DNA of 64,000 nucleotides. Source: an uncultured Rickettsiales bacterium. Its GTDB lineage: Bacteria; Myxococcota_A; UBA796; UBA9615. The notes under the pieces are model-generated. The model had not been told where the DNA came from and did not search any database. It saw only the letters and a list, made by a program, of their open reading frames with translations. The stretch lies in assembly GCA_964490445.1 (NCBI GenBank), contig CAZBDA010000002.1:6078-70077 (forward strand), given 5' to 3'. A program made the translations under genes and the position numbers. Each line of letters opens with the position of its first letter. The first letter of the stretch is position 1. Of the stretch, positions 9,526 through 18,736 are shown in pieces.

Positions 9526-11460
9526 TTAGTCGGCGATCACCAGCAGCGGGTAGGTGATGTTCTGCGTCTTGCCCTCAAACGGCGGGAAGCGCAGCGCGTT
9601 CACCTCGCGACTGATGCAGGTGTCCAGAGCAGTGCCTGCGTAACGAGACGTGGTAACCCGCGCTCGAGAGACCTGGCCGCTGGGAGCGATCTTGAACTTG
9701 ACGTAGATCTTGCCGGACAGGTCCGGGTCACGGGTTTTCTGCGAGGTAATGCATCGCTTGATGGATTTGTTGCTGCCGATGATGGTCTTGATGATGAAGG
9801 GGTTCGGCGCACCACCCGACGACTTGCTTCCAGAGTCCTTCTTGGCACGCTTGGGCTGCGAGGTGCGTGGGGTCGACGAGGAGCGATCAGCCGACCGGGA
9901 GGCGACCGGTTGCTCAGACCGCCCGGAGGCGCTACGACGCTGGTAGCTCCCGTTAGAGTCACTGCCGGCGATCTCGTCGCTGGGCTGGTAATCCCGTCTG
10001 CGCGAACTGGCCTCACGGCCCGAGTGCGAGCCGCGCCGTTCCGGCACCTTGTCATCAAGTCTGCTCGCCGAGGCCGTTTCCTCGAGGTCTTCCAGGTCGG
10101 ATGCTGACAGTCCAGGCATCACCGGCTCACGGGCCTCGCGGCGAGTTTCACGCTCGCTGCGACGGCTGGAGCGCCTTTCGGCCTCGCGCTTCGCAGACGA
10201 CTCGGATTGCTCCTTCCGGCTGGACTCGGAAGCGGCGCCCCGCGCCGGAGTTTCAACCTCTTCGGCGGGCGGTGTCGCGACCGTGGAGGGGGTGGGCGTA
10301 GCGACCGCACCGCTACCACCTGCAACAGACGCCACCTGCACTGCGGGCCGCGCGGAAGTCTCAGCCTGCAGCCCCTCGTCGGACGAAGCTGCGTCGGAAC
10401 CATCGGAGGGGCTGTACAGGGCAAAGGAAAGGCCTGCACAACCCAGCCCCATCACCACTCCGAGCACCATCGCCGAGGGCAGCTTGGCCGGCCAACGGCC
10501 CTTCTCTGTAACCAGGGCAAGGGCCATGGTGCCCGCTGCGCCGAAGCCCGCCAGGAAGTACCCCAAAGCAGCGAGGCGGCCAGGAACCAGGATGATGAGC
10601 AACAATCCGAGGAAAGCAACGGCTCCGAGCACCCCCGATGTACCGAGCAACGGCGATCCCTGGTGCTCGACCTGGGTGACGGAGGTGTTGCTCGGCGCAG
10701 CCTCGCCCGACGGCGACGTATAGCCCCTACCCATCGGCGACGGCTGGGTCGGGGGAGCCACCGGAAGGGATGGCTGCGATGGCTGGGAGTAGGGCATCGG
10801 GCGCTTGGGGCCTTCCAGCGGCATCGCGGGAATGGCTGCTGGGCCGGCGGCGCTCTGTGCAGCCGCAGCACTCAACACCGGACCCGACGGAGCCGGACCC
10901 CGGTAGACCTGAGTTTGCGGATTGTCCTTGGCAGGAATCGGCGTCATCACGGCGGCACTGGCCGAGCCGTTTCCGGAAGCCGGCGCAGGGGTTGGCGACG
11001 ACATTGGCGCCGAACTCGGCGGAGTGCGGCTCGGAGGCTGGTTCAGACCCGGAATCGAACTGCCCACGGGTAGGGTTCGCGCCGCGTCGGATGGAGCGAC
11101 CGCAACGTCCGCGCCGGCCTGGGCGGCAGGACCGAGAATCGCGGCACTGCTGCCGCCCGAAGCCGAGCTCGGCGCGGAAATAGCGTGCAACTCTGCGGTG
11201 AGGCTGCCCAGGGAGGGCAGGCCGCCATTGGTCATCTGCGCTAGCTTCTCGATGTCGTGGGCCGAGGGGGCAGCAGCCTCGCCGCCGTCAGCGACGGGGC
11301 TGACATTGCCCTTGAGTGTCGAGCGAGCCGAGGCCGGATTGTGGCGAAAGATCACGATCTTGTGCCCGCAGCGCTTGCACGTGGCCCTGTTGATCTCCTT
11401 GACCAGCTTGTGGTCAGCGATCTTGTAGATGGCCTCGCATTTGTCGCAGACGACTCTCAT
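9526..11460 (-). CDS. MJ0042-type zinc-ribbon / TonB C-terminal domain protein (GltJ/AgmX-like architecture)
   Basis: N-terminal CxxC...CxxC zinc ribbon (VVCDKCEAIYKI...CKRCGHKI). Long Pro/Ser/Ala-rich linker, TM helices, a charged low-complexity region, and a C-terminal TonB_C-like fold (IYVKFKIAPSGQV...TYPLLV). Confidence 0.6.
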   Translation of the reverse strand: MRVVCDKCEAIYKIADHKLVKEINRATCKRCGHKIVIFRHNPASARSTLKGNVSPVADGGEAAAPSAHDIEKLAQMTNGGLPSLGSLTAELHAISAPSSASGGSSAAILGPAAQAGADVAVAPSDAARTLPVGSSIPGLNQPPSRTPPSSAPMSSPTPAPASGNGSASAAVMTPIPAKDNPQTQVYRGPAPSGPVLSAAAAQSAAGPAAIPAMPLEGPKRPMPYSQPSQPSLPVAPPTQPSPMGRGYTSPSGEAAPSNTSVTQVEHQGSPLLGTSGVLGAVAFLGLLLIILVPGRLAALGYFLAGFGAAGTMALALVTEKGRWPAKLPSAMVLGVVMGLGCAGLSFALYSPSDGSDAASSDEGLQAETSARPAVQVASVAGGSGAVATPTPSTVATPPAEEVETPARGAASESSRKEQSESSAKREAERRSSRRSERETRREAREPVMPGLSASDLEDLEETASASRLDDKVPERRGSHSGREASSRRRDYQPSDEIAGSDSNGSYQRRSASGRSEQPVASRSADRSSSTPRTSQPKRAKKDSGSKSSGGAPNPFIIKTIIGSNKSIKRCITSQKTRDPDLSGKIYVKFKIAPSGQVSRARVTTSRYAGTALDTCISREVNALRFPPFEGKTQNITYPLLVIAD

Positions 11461-11679
11461 GGGGCTTTCCGAAGATGAGAGAGTGAGCAGAACACCGATC
11501 GGCTGGACCGGCGGAGATGGAGATTTCTACGATAGGGCCGCATTTAAGTCAATAATTAGTCAAGAGTTGCCGATTGCTGAGCTCCAGACGATTGTCCGGG
11601 CCAAATCGGCGAACTCAAGTTGAGTGCACCCCATCCGAGATGCGAAGCGCATCGTGGGGCAGCCTGCTAGGCTCCTGCC
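11461..11679. promoter_or_regulatory. AT-rich divergent intergenic region; probable promoters for the zinc-ribbon/TonB gene (-) and the dNK operon (+)
   Basis: A 219-bp non-coding gap in dense high-GC DNA. Local AT-rich island ...atttaagtcaataattagtcaagagttg... with a direct AGTCAA repeat. Confidence 0.3.
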
Positions 11680-12312
11680 GTGCCGCATCCAGGTGCCAAA
11701 CCACGCAAGTTCATCGCCGTCGCCGGCAACATCGGTGCCGGCAAGTCGACCCTGGTGGACTTCCTCTGCCAGACCTACGGATTTCGGCCGTTTGTCGAGC
11801 CCAACCTGCTCAACCCCTACCTCGACGACTTCTACCAGGACATGTCGAAGTGGTCCTTCCACTCCCAGATCAGCTTCCTGAGCCACAAGTTCCGACTGCA
11901 CATGGAGCTGATGTCCGAGCCGGCGACCGTGGTTCAGGACCGCACGATTTACGAAGACGCCGAGATCTTCGCCCGCCACCTACACTCCGTTGGCCACATC
12001 TCGGATCGGGACTTCGCCACCTACAACCACCTGTACGAGGCGATGCAGAAGGCCCTTGCTCCCCCTGACCTGCTGATCCGGCTCAATTGTTCAGTGCGGG
12101 CTCTACGCAAGCGCATCCGCAAGCGCGGCCGCAAGAACGAGCAAGACATCCCAGCCACCTACCTGAAGCAACTCAACCAACTCTATGATCGCTGGTTCGA
12201 ACGCTATGAACTCTCTCCGGTAGTCGAGATCAACACCGAGAAACTCGACTACATTTCGGATTTCCTGGACCGCCTCGAGGTACAGAACGCCATGGAGCCC
12301 TTCTTATTGTGA
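11680..12312 (+). CDS. deoxynucleoside kinase (dAK/dGK/dCK family)
   Basis: P-loop AVAGNIGAGKST, the DRTIYED..IFA motif and an overall ~210-aa dNK layout. Its stop overlaps the start of the next gene. Confidence 0.8.
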   Translation: MPHPGAKPRKFIAVAGNIGAGKSTLVDFLCQTYGFRPFVEPNLLNPYLDDFYQDMSKWSFHSQISFLSHKFRLHMELMSEPATVVQDRTIYEDAEIFARHLHSVGHISDRDFATYNHLYEAMQKALAPPDLLIRLNCSVRALRKRIRKRGRKNEQDIPATYLKQLNQLYDRWFERYELSPVVEINTEKLDYISDFLDRLEVQNAMEPFLL

Positions 12313-15272
12313 GCATCACCGTCCAGCTCTGCCGCACGACTGCACTGCTCGGCCTGCTCGCGCTGCTCGTGGCCGGCTGCCCGAAGCAGAAGGAGATCCC
12401 ACCTCCCGAGGCGCCCCAGGGCGAGGGGCCGATCGACAAGATCCTGGACCTGTTGGAGCGGGACCGCGACGACCTGAGCCTGCCTCGCTCCGAAGAAGCT
12501 GGTTACCAGTTACCGATGACCTACCCCGTCGTGGAAGCGGCGCTCTCCCGCCCCCTCGCTGTGCCTCCCTGGGCCGAGCAACTGGGCGCTCGCCTGGACG
12601 CTGCTGGCAACGCCGGACAATTGTGGGCGGCCCTGCGGCCGCTGTCGCCAGCGGGATCCGCAGCAGACCCACCACGAGGCGAGACTGAGCAGGCGGTCGC
12701 GGGCAGCCCAGAACCGCGCCTGCGTCGCACATCTCCGGCGGCGCTGCCGCGGGACGCCTTCGCAACCAAGCAGGCCGCCGTGCAGACAGAGCAACTCCCA
12801 GAGGAGTTCGTCACCCTACTGGTGGAGTTGGCCGGGCTGCTCCAGGACCTCGAAGCCGAAGCCGAGAGCTGGTATCGACTCGAGGGCTTGATCCGCCGAC
12901 CCAATCGCGCCGCCGAGGAGTTCTTCATCGACCGCTACAGCGGCGAGTTCCGCTTCAGGACCCATCCGGTTGGAGTGCAGCTTGAGTTCCTGCGCAGCGC
13001 CATGTTCATCGACCAGCAAGCGATCAGCCGTTCCGCCGCCAGGCTGGTGCTGGAACTTGAGCGCCTTTTGCCGCTGCTGGCAACTGCCGCCAAGGAACTG
13101 CCCGACAGCGGGGGCCGCCTGCTGCACCTGCCCACCCGACTCGGCCCAATCATCGTCGGCAGCACCGGTAGCGACCTGCACGAGGAGGATGCCTTCCTGC
13201 TCGTTGACCCCGGCGGTGCCGACCAGTGGCACAACAACGCCGGCTCCAATGTCGGCCTCAGCTCTGCCCTTGCGCTGGCCGTCGACCTCGACGGCAACGA
13301 CCAGTACCGGAGCAACCGTGGCCACAGCCAGGGAGCCGGCTTCATGGGCATCGGCATGTTGGTGGACTGGGGCGACGGAAACGACCAGTACACGGCTGGC
13401 GCGCAGAGCCAGGGAGCCGGCTTCATGGGTATCGGCATGCTCTGGGAGCGGGGAGGCAACGACTCCTACCGTAGCTATGGCTTCAGCCAGGGTGCCGGCA
13501 CCTTCGGCGTCGGCGTCTTGCTCGACGAAGGAGGCGATGACCGCGCAGTGGCCGGCAGCCGTGCCCAGGGATTCGCCTCCAGCGGCGGACTCGGCGTGTA
13601 TCTCGACCTCGCCGGCAACGACGAGCGTCGCATCGGCACGCCCAGCGGCAAGGAAAACAGCGTCGAAGGTGGCGGCGGACAGGGAACCGCCTGGGGGACG
13701 CGTCCCTTCCCCTGGACCAACGATCTCAGCCTGCATGGCGGAGTCGGCCTTCTCTACGACCGTGCCGGCAACGACCGCAATTTCGCACGCGCCTACGGAC
13801 AGGGCAGCGCCTGGTTCCTGTCGTTGGGCCTGTTGCTGGATCGAGCCGGCAGCGACCAGTACCTGTGTGGCCAGAATTGCCAGGGGAGTGCCGAGCACCT
13901 GGCGGCTGCACTGCTGCTCGACAGCGACGGCAACGACCGCTACGAGGGCAGCCAGGACCTCCAGGGCTTCGCCGACGACCGATCCGTGGGGATCCTGTGG
14001 GACCGAGGAGCGGGCTCGGATCTGTACCGACTCGCGGAACGGGGCCGCGTGAAACCCGCCGAAGTCGGCCGAGGGCAGGGCTACGCGCGCCAGCCCCACG
14101 CACTCGGAGTGCTGGTCGACAATGGCGGCGACGACCAGTACGTGTCCTTTCGGGAAGCTCTCGGCCACGCGGAGCCGACCCGGCACCCGGGTCGCAATCC
14201 CACCGCCCTGCTCATCGACCTGGCCGGGAAGGACCGCTACACAGAGGGACAGAGTCGTGCTGGCGCCATTCCCCGCGACAAGAGCACCTGGCTGCAAGGC
14301 GACCATGCCGCCGGACTCGACACTTTCGTCGCCTCACCCGGCTGGGACGTTGCCAGCTTCGAGCCGGCAGAAGGCTTTGCCGGGCTCGGTTGGAACCGAG
14401 CCCTCCTCGATCCTCCTCCCGCGAATGATGACAACGAGACCGCTGCTGGAAACACCTCCGAAGATTCCTCCAACGACGTCGCCATACCTGCTGACAGCGA
14501 CCGATTCACCCCCGACGGCGATGCCGTAGCCCGCTGGACCTGGCTGCAGAACCGATACCGAGAGCGCGTCACCACGGAGCCGACAGCAGCCCTGGAAGAG
14601 CAGGAGCTTGACCAGTTGCGCCAACTGGCAGGCAGCGACCCGTCGACAAGCGTACGTCGCGAAGCCGCCCGACTCCTGGTCAGCGCAGGCGACACCCTTG
14701 GCCTACGGGTGCTCATCGCCTCCCTTGGCCATGCCAGCCAGGACAATCCAGGTGGCAAGCGGGGTACCGGCGAACTGGGCGCATTCCTGAACCTTGTCAC
14801 AGGGACGGGGCTCCACTTCGACGCCGAACAATGGAGCCGTTGGTTCCAGTCCGAGGGCAAGGATCTGGACCTGGCGACTCGTTGGCCTGCCGTTGCGCTG
14901 CTGGAGGCCGCCGCGGCCTCGGCGACGGCCGGCGAGATCGAGAAAATGGCAGACCAGTGCATGCAGGCCCGCGAACTCCTTCCGGACGACTCCTGGATAG
15001 ACGCCCGATCCGGGGCACTAGTGGGCCACTGGGCCTGGGTACTCGGGCATCCCGAGTCGCACGCGAACCGCAACGCCGACCTGGCAGTGGAGTTGGCAAC
15101 TCTCTGGACCGTCTGGCACCCCGACACCGCACAATCCTTCATCACCCTGGCCCAGGCCTGGTTCACCCAGGGGGAGTACAAGCTCGCTAGCCTGGCGCTG
15201 GACAAGTCGGCAATTCTCGACCCCGACAACATCCGAATGACCGCCCTGCGACGCGCCATGGAGAATCGATAG
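12309..15272 (+). CDS. large repeat lipoprotein (N-terminal helical region, ~11 tandem ~27-aa G[ND]D.Y...QG.G..G.G.L.D repeats, C-terminal HEAT/TPR-like region)
   Basis: Lipobox LLVAGC|PKQ. Repeat units such as GNDQYRSNRGHSQGAGFMGIGMLVDWGD / GNDQYTAGAQSQGAGFMGIGMLWERG. A near-identical 30-mer occurs at 13329 and 13413. C-terminal TPR-like helices. Confidence 0.6.
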   Translation: MSITVQLCRTTALLGLLALLVAGCPKQKEIPPPEAPQGEGPIDKILDLLERDRDDLSLPRSEEAGYQLPMTYPVVEAALSRPLAVPPWAEQLGARLDAAGNAGQLWAALRPLSPAGSAADPPRGETEQAVAGSPEPRLRRTSPAALPRDAFATKQAAVQTEQLPEEFVTLLVELAGLLQDLEAEAESWYRLEGLIRRPNRAAEEFFIDRYSGEFRFRTHPVGVQLEFLRSAMFIDQQAISRSAARLVLELERLLPLLATAAKELPDSGGRLLHLPTRLGPIIVGSTGSDLHEEDAFLLVDPGGADQWHNNAGSNVGLSSALALAVDLDGNDQYRSNRGHSQGAGFMGIGMLVDWGDGNDQYTAGAQSQGAGFMGIGMLWERGGNDSYRSYGFSQGAGTFGVGVLLDEGGDDRAVAGSRAQGFASSGGLGVYLDLAGNDERRIGTPSGKENSVEGGGGQGTAWGTRPFPWTNDLSLHGGVGLLYDRAGNDRNFARAYGQGSAWFLSLGLLLDRAGSDQYLCGQNCQGSAEHLAAALLLDSDGNDRYEGSQDLQGFADDRSVGILWDRGAGSDLYRLAERGRVKPAEVGRGQGYARQPHALGVLVDNGGDDQYVSFREALGHAEPTRHPGRNPTALLIDLAGKDRYTEGQSRAGAIPRDKSTWLQGDHAAGLDTFVASPGWDVASFEPAEGFAGLGWNRALLDPPPANDDNETAAGNTSEDSSNDVAIPADSDRFTPDGDAVARWTWLQNRYRERVTTEPTAALEEQELDQLRQLAGSDPSTSVRREAARLLVSAGDTLGLRVLIASLGHASQDNPGGKRGTGELGAFLNLVTGTGLHFDAEQWSRWFQSEGKDLDLATRWPAVALLEAAAASATAGEIEKMADQCMQARELLPDDSWIDARSGALVGHWAWVLGHPESHANRNADLAVELATLWTVWHPDTAQSFITLAQAWFTQGEYKLASLALDKSAILDPDNIRMTALRRAMENR
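13280..14325 (+). repeat. intragenic tandem repeat array (~81-bp period, degenerate) encoding the GND.Y...QG.G repeats
   Basis: Repeated agccagggagccggcttcatggg(c/t)atcggcatg and ggcaacgaccagtac-type segments at regular spacing. Confidence 0.6.
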
Positions 15273-16297
15273 TGGCCCTCTTTCTGGAAATCGAAACCAC
15301 GCTCCATTCACTGCCCGAGTTGGCTTCTGTGCTCGATGAACTCGACCAGACCTTCGGCGCTACTGTCCAGTTGAACACCATCCAGGCCCTGGACCTCGAC
15401 TGTGGGGTTCGCAAGGTCTCCTGGTGTCCCTGGCCGGATGAACGAATCGAGTTGTTCATTGCCGGTGCCAGCACCCGAGGTACCGACATCATCGTCGAGC
15501 AGCAGGGCAGCAGCGTGCTGCTACGCGTGTGTCTGAAGGCCCTCTCTACCTGGACCGACTGGCAACTGGGAGTCGAGGCAGCCTGCGTGCTGGCCGATCG
15601 TAGCGGTGCCGCAGGCATCCTCTGCAGTGAAGACAGCGAGCAACTGCAGGACCCGGAGACGCTCCGGAAACGACTACTCGATGACGACGAGTTGTACTGG
15701 AACGAGTGCGAGGGTGGCGCAATGGGCATTCGCCGAGCGGTAGTCGAACAGGGCGAGATCGTGCGCATCGGCGGCCCAGCCGGACTCGCCGCCATTGGCC
15801 CGCGCACCTGGGCAAAGTTCGAGGGCAACCCGTTGGACGGCGAGGAACTGAGCTGTGTGATCCTCGATGCGATGCGCGCCAGTATCGAGGCGCGCGGGTT
15901 CGAAGGATTTCACCTCGCCAATCCGATGATTCTCGACGGTCGATCCGGACAGTCCGTGGTCGCCCTGCTGGTGGCCCCCGACCAGCCCACCTTGTTGCGT
16001 GACACCGAGTACCTGGTGCTGAGCGAAGACCTCGAGGGTGCCGCCGGAGCGCCGCTCTACATGCTGCCCTACGAGGACATCGACAAGGCATTCCCGGCGT
16101 CGGTCGCGTGGCTGGACGACCGCAACTGTGCGCTGGCGGCAATTCCGGCCGCGAGTTGGGCGCGCAGACTCGAAGAGATCAAGCCCATGCTCTTAGAGGT
16201 CGACCAACTTCTTGACCAGCGTCCTGTGCCAGCAATCCCTCCTGCCAGCCGCTCCGAAGAAGCCACTGCGACCGTTCGAAAGTCGAGTTCGGTCTGA
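15272..16297 (+). CDS. hypothetical protein
   Basis: 341-aa ORF. Its start coincides with the stop of the repeat-protein gene. No recognisable motif. Confidence 0.45.
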   Translation: MALFLEIETTLHSLPELASVLDELDQTFGATVQLNTIQALDLDCGVRKVSWCPWPDERIELFIAGASTRGTDIIVEQQGSSVLLRVCLKALSTWTDWQLGVEAACVLADRSGAAGILCSEDSEQLQDPETLRKRLLDDDELYWNECEGGAMGIRRAVVEQGEIVRIGGPAGLAAIGPRTWAKFEGNPLDGEELSCVILDAMRASIEARGFEGFHLANPMILDGRSGQSVVALLVAPDQPTLLRDTEYLVLSEDLEGAAGAPLYMLPYEDIDKAFPASVAWLDDRNCALAAIPAASWARRLEEIKPMLLEVDQLLDQRPVPAIPPASRSEEATATVRKSSSV

Positions 16298-16329
16298 ACA
16301 GCGCAATTGTTCTGCTAGCCTGAGCCGCG

Positions 16330-18138
16330 ATGTTTACAGTCGCCAACCTGGGTCGTGTCTGCGACATGCTCGTCTCAGACGGCCTGATGCACGACGGTCA
16401 GATCAAAGACGTAATGGTCCGCTACTCCATCCAGGAGAAGCGCATCCTGATCGACCGTCGCAACCACTTGCGCAAAGCAATGGGGGGGCGTCGGGTCAGC
16501 TACGAAGTCGGCGAAATGGAGCTCATCGCCAGCTTCAAATTCCCGCTACTCGGCCGGGAAGGACAGAAACTCACCGAGCACCTGATCACCGAGTGCGTGG
16601 CTCGCCACCTGGCCATGCCCTTCCTCATCCCGGACCCCACCAAGCTGGACTACAAGTTGATCACCGGCACCTTCCCCGGGCAATTTGCCGAGCGCCACCT
16701 GATCATCCCCATCCGCAAGACCAAGAAGAGCGTCACTCTGGCGGTCGCCAACCCATTCGATACCCAGCTGCTGGAGAGCTTGCGGCGCTACACCGGCTCC
16801 GATATCGAGTTGGTCCTGGCCCCCAAGAGCGAACTGCTCAAGACGATCATGGAATTCCACGGCTTCAAGAAGTCCGTGGACCTGGCCGCACAGCAGTTCA
16901 GCAACGAGTTCGACGACCTGGGGAACCTCGAGGCTCTCTCGAAGATGAAGGCGCTGGAGGACATCGACGCCTCCGATCAGCCTGTGATCCAGGCCGTCTG
17001 GTTCCTGTTTAACTACGCCTTCGACCAGCAGGCATCCGACATCCACATCGAGCCCAAGCGGGACACCTCGGAAGTACGGCTGCGCATCGACGGGGTACTG
17101 CACCGCATCCACGTGATGCCGAAGCTGGTGCACCGGGCGGTGCTCAGCCGTATCAAGACGCTGGCACGCATGGACATCGCCGAACAGCGGCGACCCCAGG
17201 ACGGACGACTGAAGACCACCTTCAAGGACAGCGAGATTGAGCTGCGAGTATCGACTGTACCGACGGCCTTCGGCGAGAAGGTGGTCGTGCGGGTGTTCGA
17301 TCCCGAGGTCCTGACCCAGGAGATCGCACAACTCGGCATGTTCGCCCCCGAGCAGGAGTTGTTCGAGAGCTTCGTGTCACGAACCAACGGCCTGGTGCTG
17401 GTCACCGGCCCGACGGGCTCCGGCAAGACGACCACCCTCTACAGCACTCTCCAGTTCCTGTACTCGGCGCAGGTAAACATCACCACCATCGAAGACCCCA
17501 TCGAGATGGTCCGCGAGGAGTTCAACCAGATCTCGGTGCACAAGCGGCTCGGTATCAGCTTCTCCTCGGCGCTTAGGAACGTGCTGCGCCAGGACCCCGA
17601 CATCGTCATGGTCGGCGAGATCCGTGACCAAGAGACGGCCGAAGCTGCCGTGCAGTCCTCGCTCACCGGCCACCTTGTCCTGTCGACCCTGCACACCAAC
17701 GACACGGCAACCTCGGTGACCCGCATGCTGGACCTCGGCGTCCTGCCATTCCTGCTGTCATCCGTATTGGTAGGTGTCATTGCCCAACGGCTGGTGCGCT
17801 GCATCTGCGAGCACTGCAAGGTAAGCACCCTGCTCAACCACGATCAGATCATGTCCCTGAACATTCCTGGCGCCGAAGGCCGGGAACTTCGAGTCGCCTA
17901 CGGAGCCGGCTGCGCCAAGTGTCGCGGCACCGGCTACCGGGGCCGCACCGGCGTGTTCGAAATCATGCCAATCAACCCCCACATCCGCTCCTTGATCCAG
18001 CAGGAAGCCAGTGCGGACGCCATTCGCCGCGAATCGCTCGCAGAAGGCATGATCACGATTCGGGAATACGCCATCAAAAAGATGGCCATGGGCGTCACGA
18101 CCTACGAAGAGGTCGTGCGGGTCACCAGCGAGAACTGA
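16330..18138 (+). CDS. GspE/PilB-family secretion ATPase (T2SS/T4P-type traffic ATPase)
   Basis: N-terminal GSPII_E_N-like domain. Walker A GPTGSGKTTTLYS, Asp box, Walker B DPDIVMVGEIRD, His box LSTLHTND, and the tetra-Cys motif CEHC...CAKC. Confidence 0.85.
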   Translation: MFTVANLGRVCDMLVSDGLMHDGQIKDVMVRYSIQEKRILIDRRNHLRKAMGGRRVSYEVGEMELIASFKFPLLGREGQKLTEHLITECVARHLAMPFLIPDPTKLDYKLITGTFPGQFAERHLIIPIRKTKKSVTLAVANPFDTQLLESLRRYTGSDIELVLAPKSELLKTIMEFHGFKKSVDLAAQQFSNEFDDLGNLEALSKMKALEDIDASDQPVIQAVWFLFNYAFDQQASDIHIEPKRDTSEVRLRIDGVLHRIHVMPKLVHRAVLSRIKTLARMDIAEQRRPQDGRLKTTFKDSEIELRVSTVPTAFGEKVVVRVFDPEVLTQEIAQLGMFAPEQELFESFVSRTNGLVLVTGPTGSGKTTTLYSTLQFLYSAQVNITTIEDPIEMVREEFNQISVHKRLGISFSSALRNVLRQDPDIVMVGEIRDQETAEAAVQSSLTGHLVLSTLHTNDTATSVTRMLDLGVLPFLLSSVLVGVIAQRLVRCICEHCKVSTLLNHDQIMSLNIPGAEGRELRVAYGAGCAKCRGTGYRGRTGVFEIMPINPHIRSLIQQEASADAIRRESLAEGMITIREYAIKKMAMGVTTYEEVVRVTSEN

Positions 18139-18152
18139 GGCAAACGCGGCTC

Positions 18153-18713
18153 TCAATCGTCCCCGCTGTCCTCCGCAGCCACGGACTGCTTGTCCTTCAG
18201 CTTCTTGAGTTCGACAGTAGCGGCACGCCGAACCTGGCTGTGGGGATCACGCAGAGACATGTCCTCCATGATCCGCAGCGAACCCGCTGAACCGACACGC
18301 GCCAGCGCAGACAGCGCATACAACCGCACCTTGAACTCGGCGTGGTAGGCCTGAGTCTGCAGCACTGGAACGGCGCGGGTGTGACCGATGTGGCCCAGGC
18401 CTTCGATGGCTCCGCAGCGAACCATGGTGGACACCTCGGGCTCACTCAAGGCCTCCACCAGCGGCTTCATGCCCGCGACACCCCCCAATTGCCCCAGGGT
18501 GGCGAGGGCAGCCGCACGAAGGCGGTGCAACTTCTCATCGCCACCGCCGGTCACGGCAATCGTATAGAGCAGACGCATTCCCTGTGCGCCAAGCGCGCGC
18601 CACTGGTCACGACTCGCCGAACTGCCGCCTTTGAGGTAGGCAATCACGCGCCGCTCGATCTCGGCGGAGGTCAGGACGGGCGCATCAGTCATCGCCACTG
18701 CAACGGTTTCCAA
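18153..18713 (-). CDS. HEAT-repeat (PBS-lyase-like) protein
   Basis: Repeated ...VR..A..ALG..G motifs (EVSTMVRCGAIEGLGHIG; FKVRLYALSALARVG; SQVRRAAT). Confidence 0.55.
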   Translation of the reverse strand: METVAVAMTDAPVLTSAEIERRVIAYLKGGSSASRDQWRALGAQGMRLLYTIAVTGGGDEKLHRLRAAALATLGQLGGVAGMKPLVEALSEPEVSTMVRCGAIEGLGHIGHTRAVPVLQTQAYHAEFKVRLYALSALARVGSAGSLRIMEDMSLRDPHSQVRRAATVELKKLKDKQSVAAEDSGDD

Positions 18714-18736
18714 GCGGCTGATGCGAGAGTCAACTA

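Noticed and set aside
8536-10107. 523-aa plus-strand ORF spanning the DDAH-like and zinc-ribbon/TonB genes on the opposite strand
   Set aside because: Overlaps two better-supported genes and their intergenic region. Low-complexity R/G/P-rich translation.
12816-14306. 496-aa minus-strand ORF (and 12970..14052 plus-strand ORF in another frame) inside the repeat-lipoprotein gene
   Set aside because: Antisense or alternate-frame shadows of the repeat array. The annotated frame carries a lipobox, coherent repeats and a C-terminal TPR.
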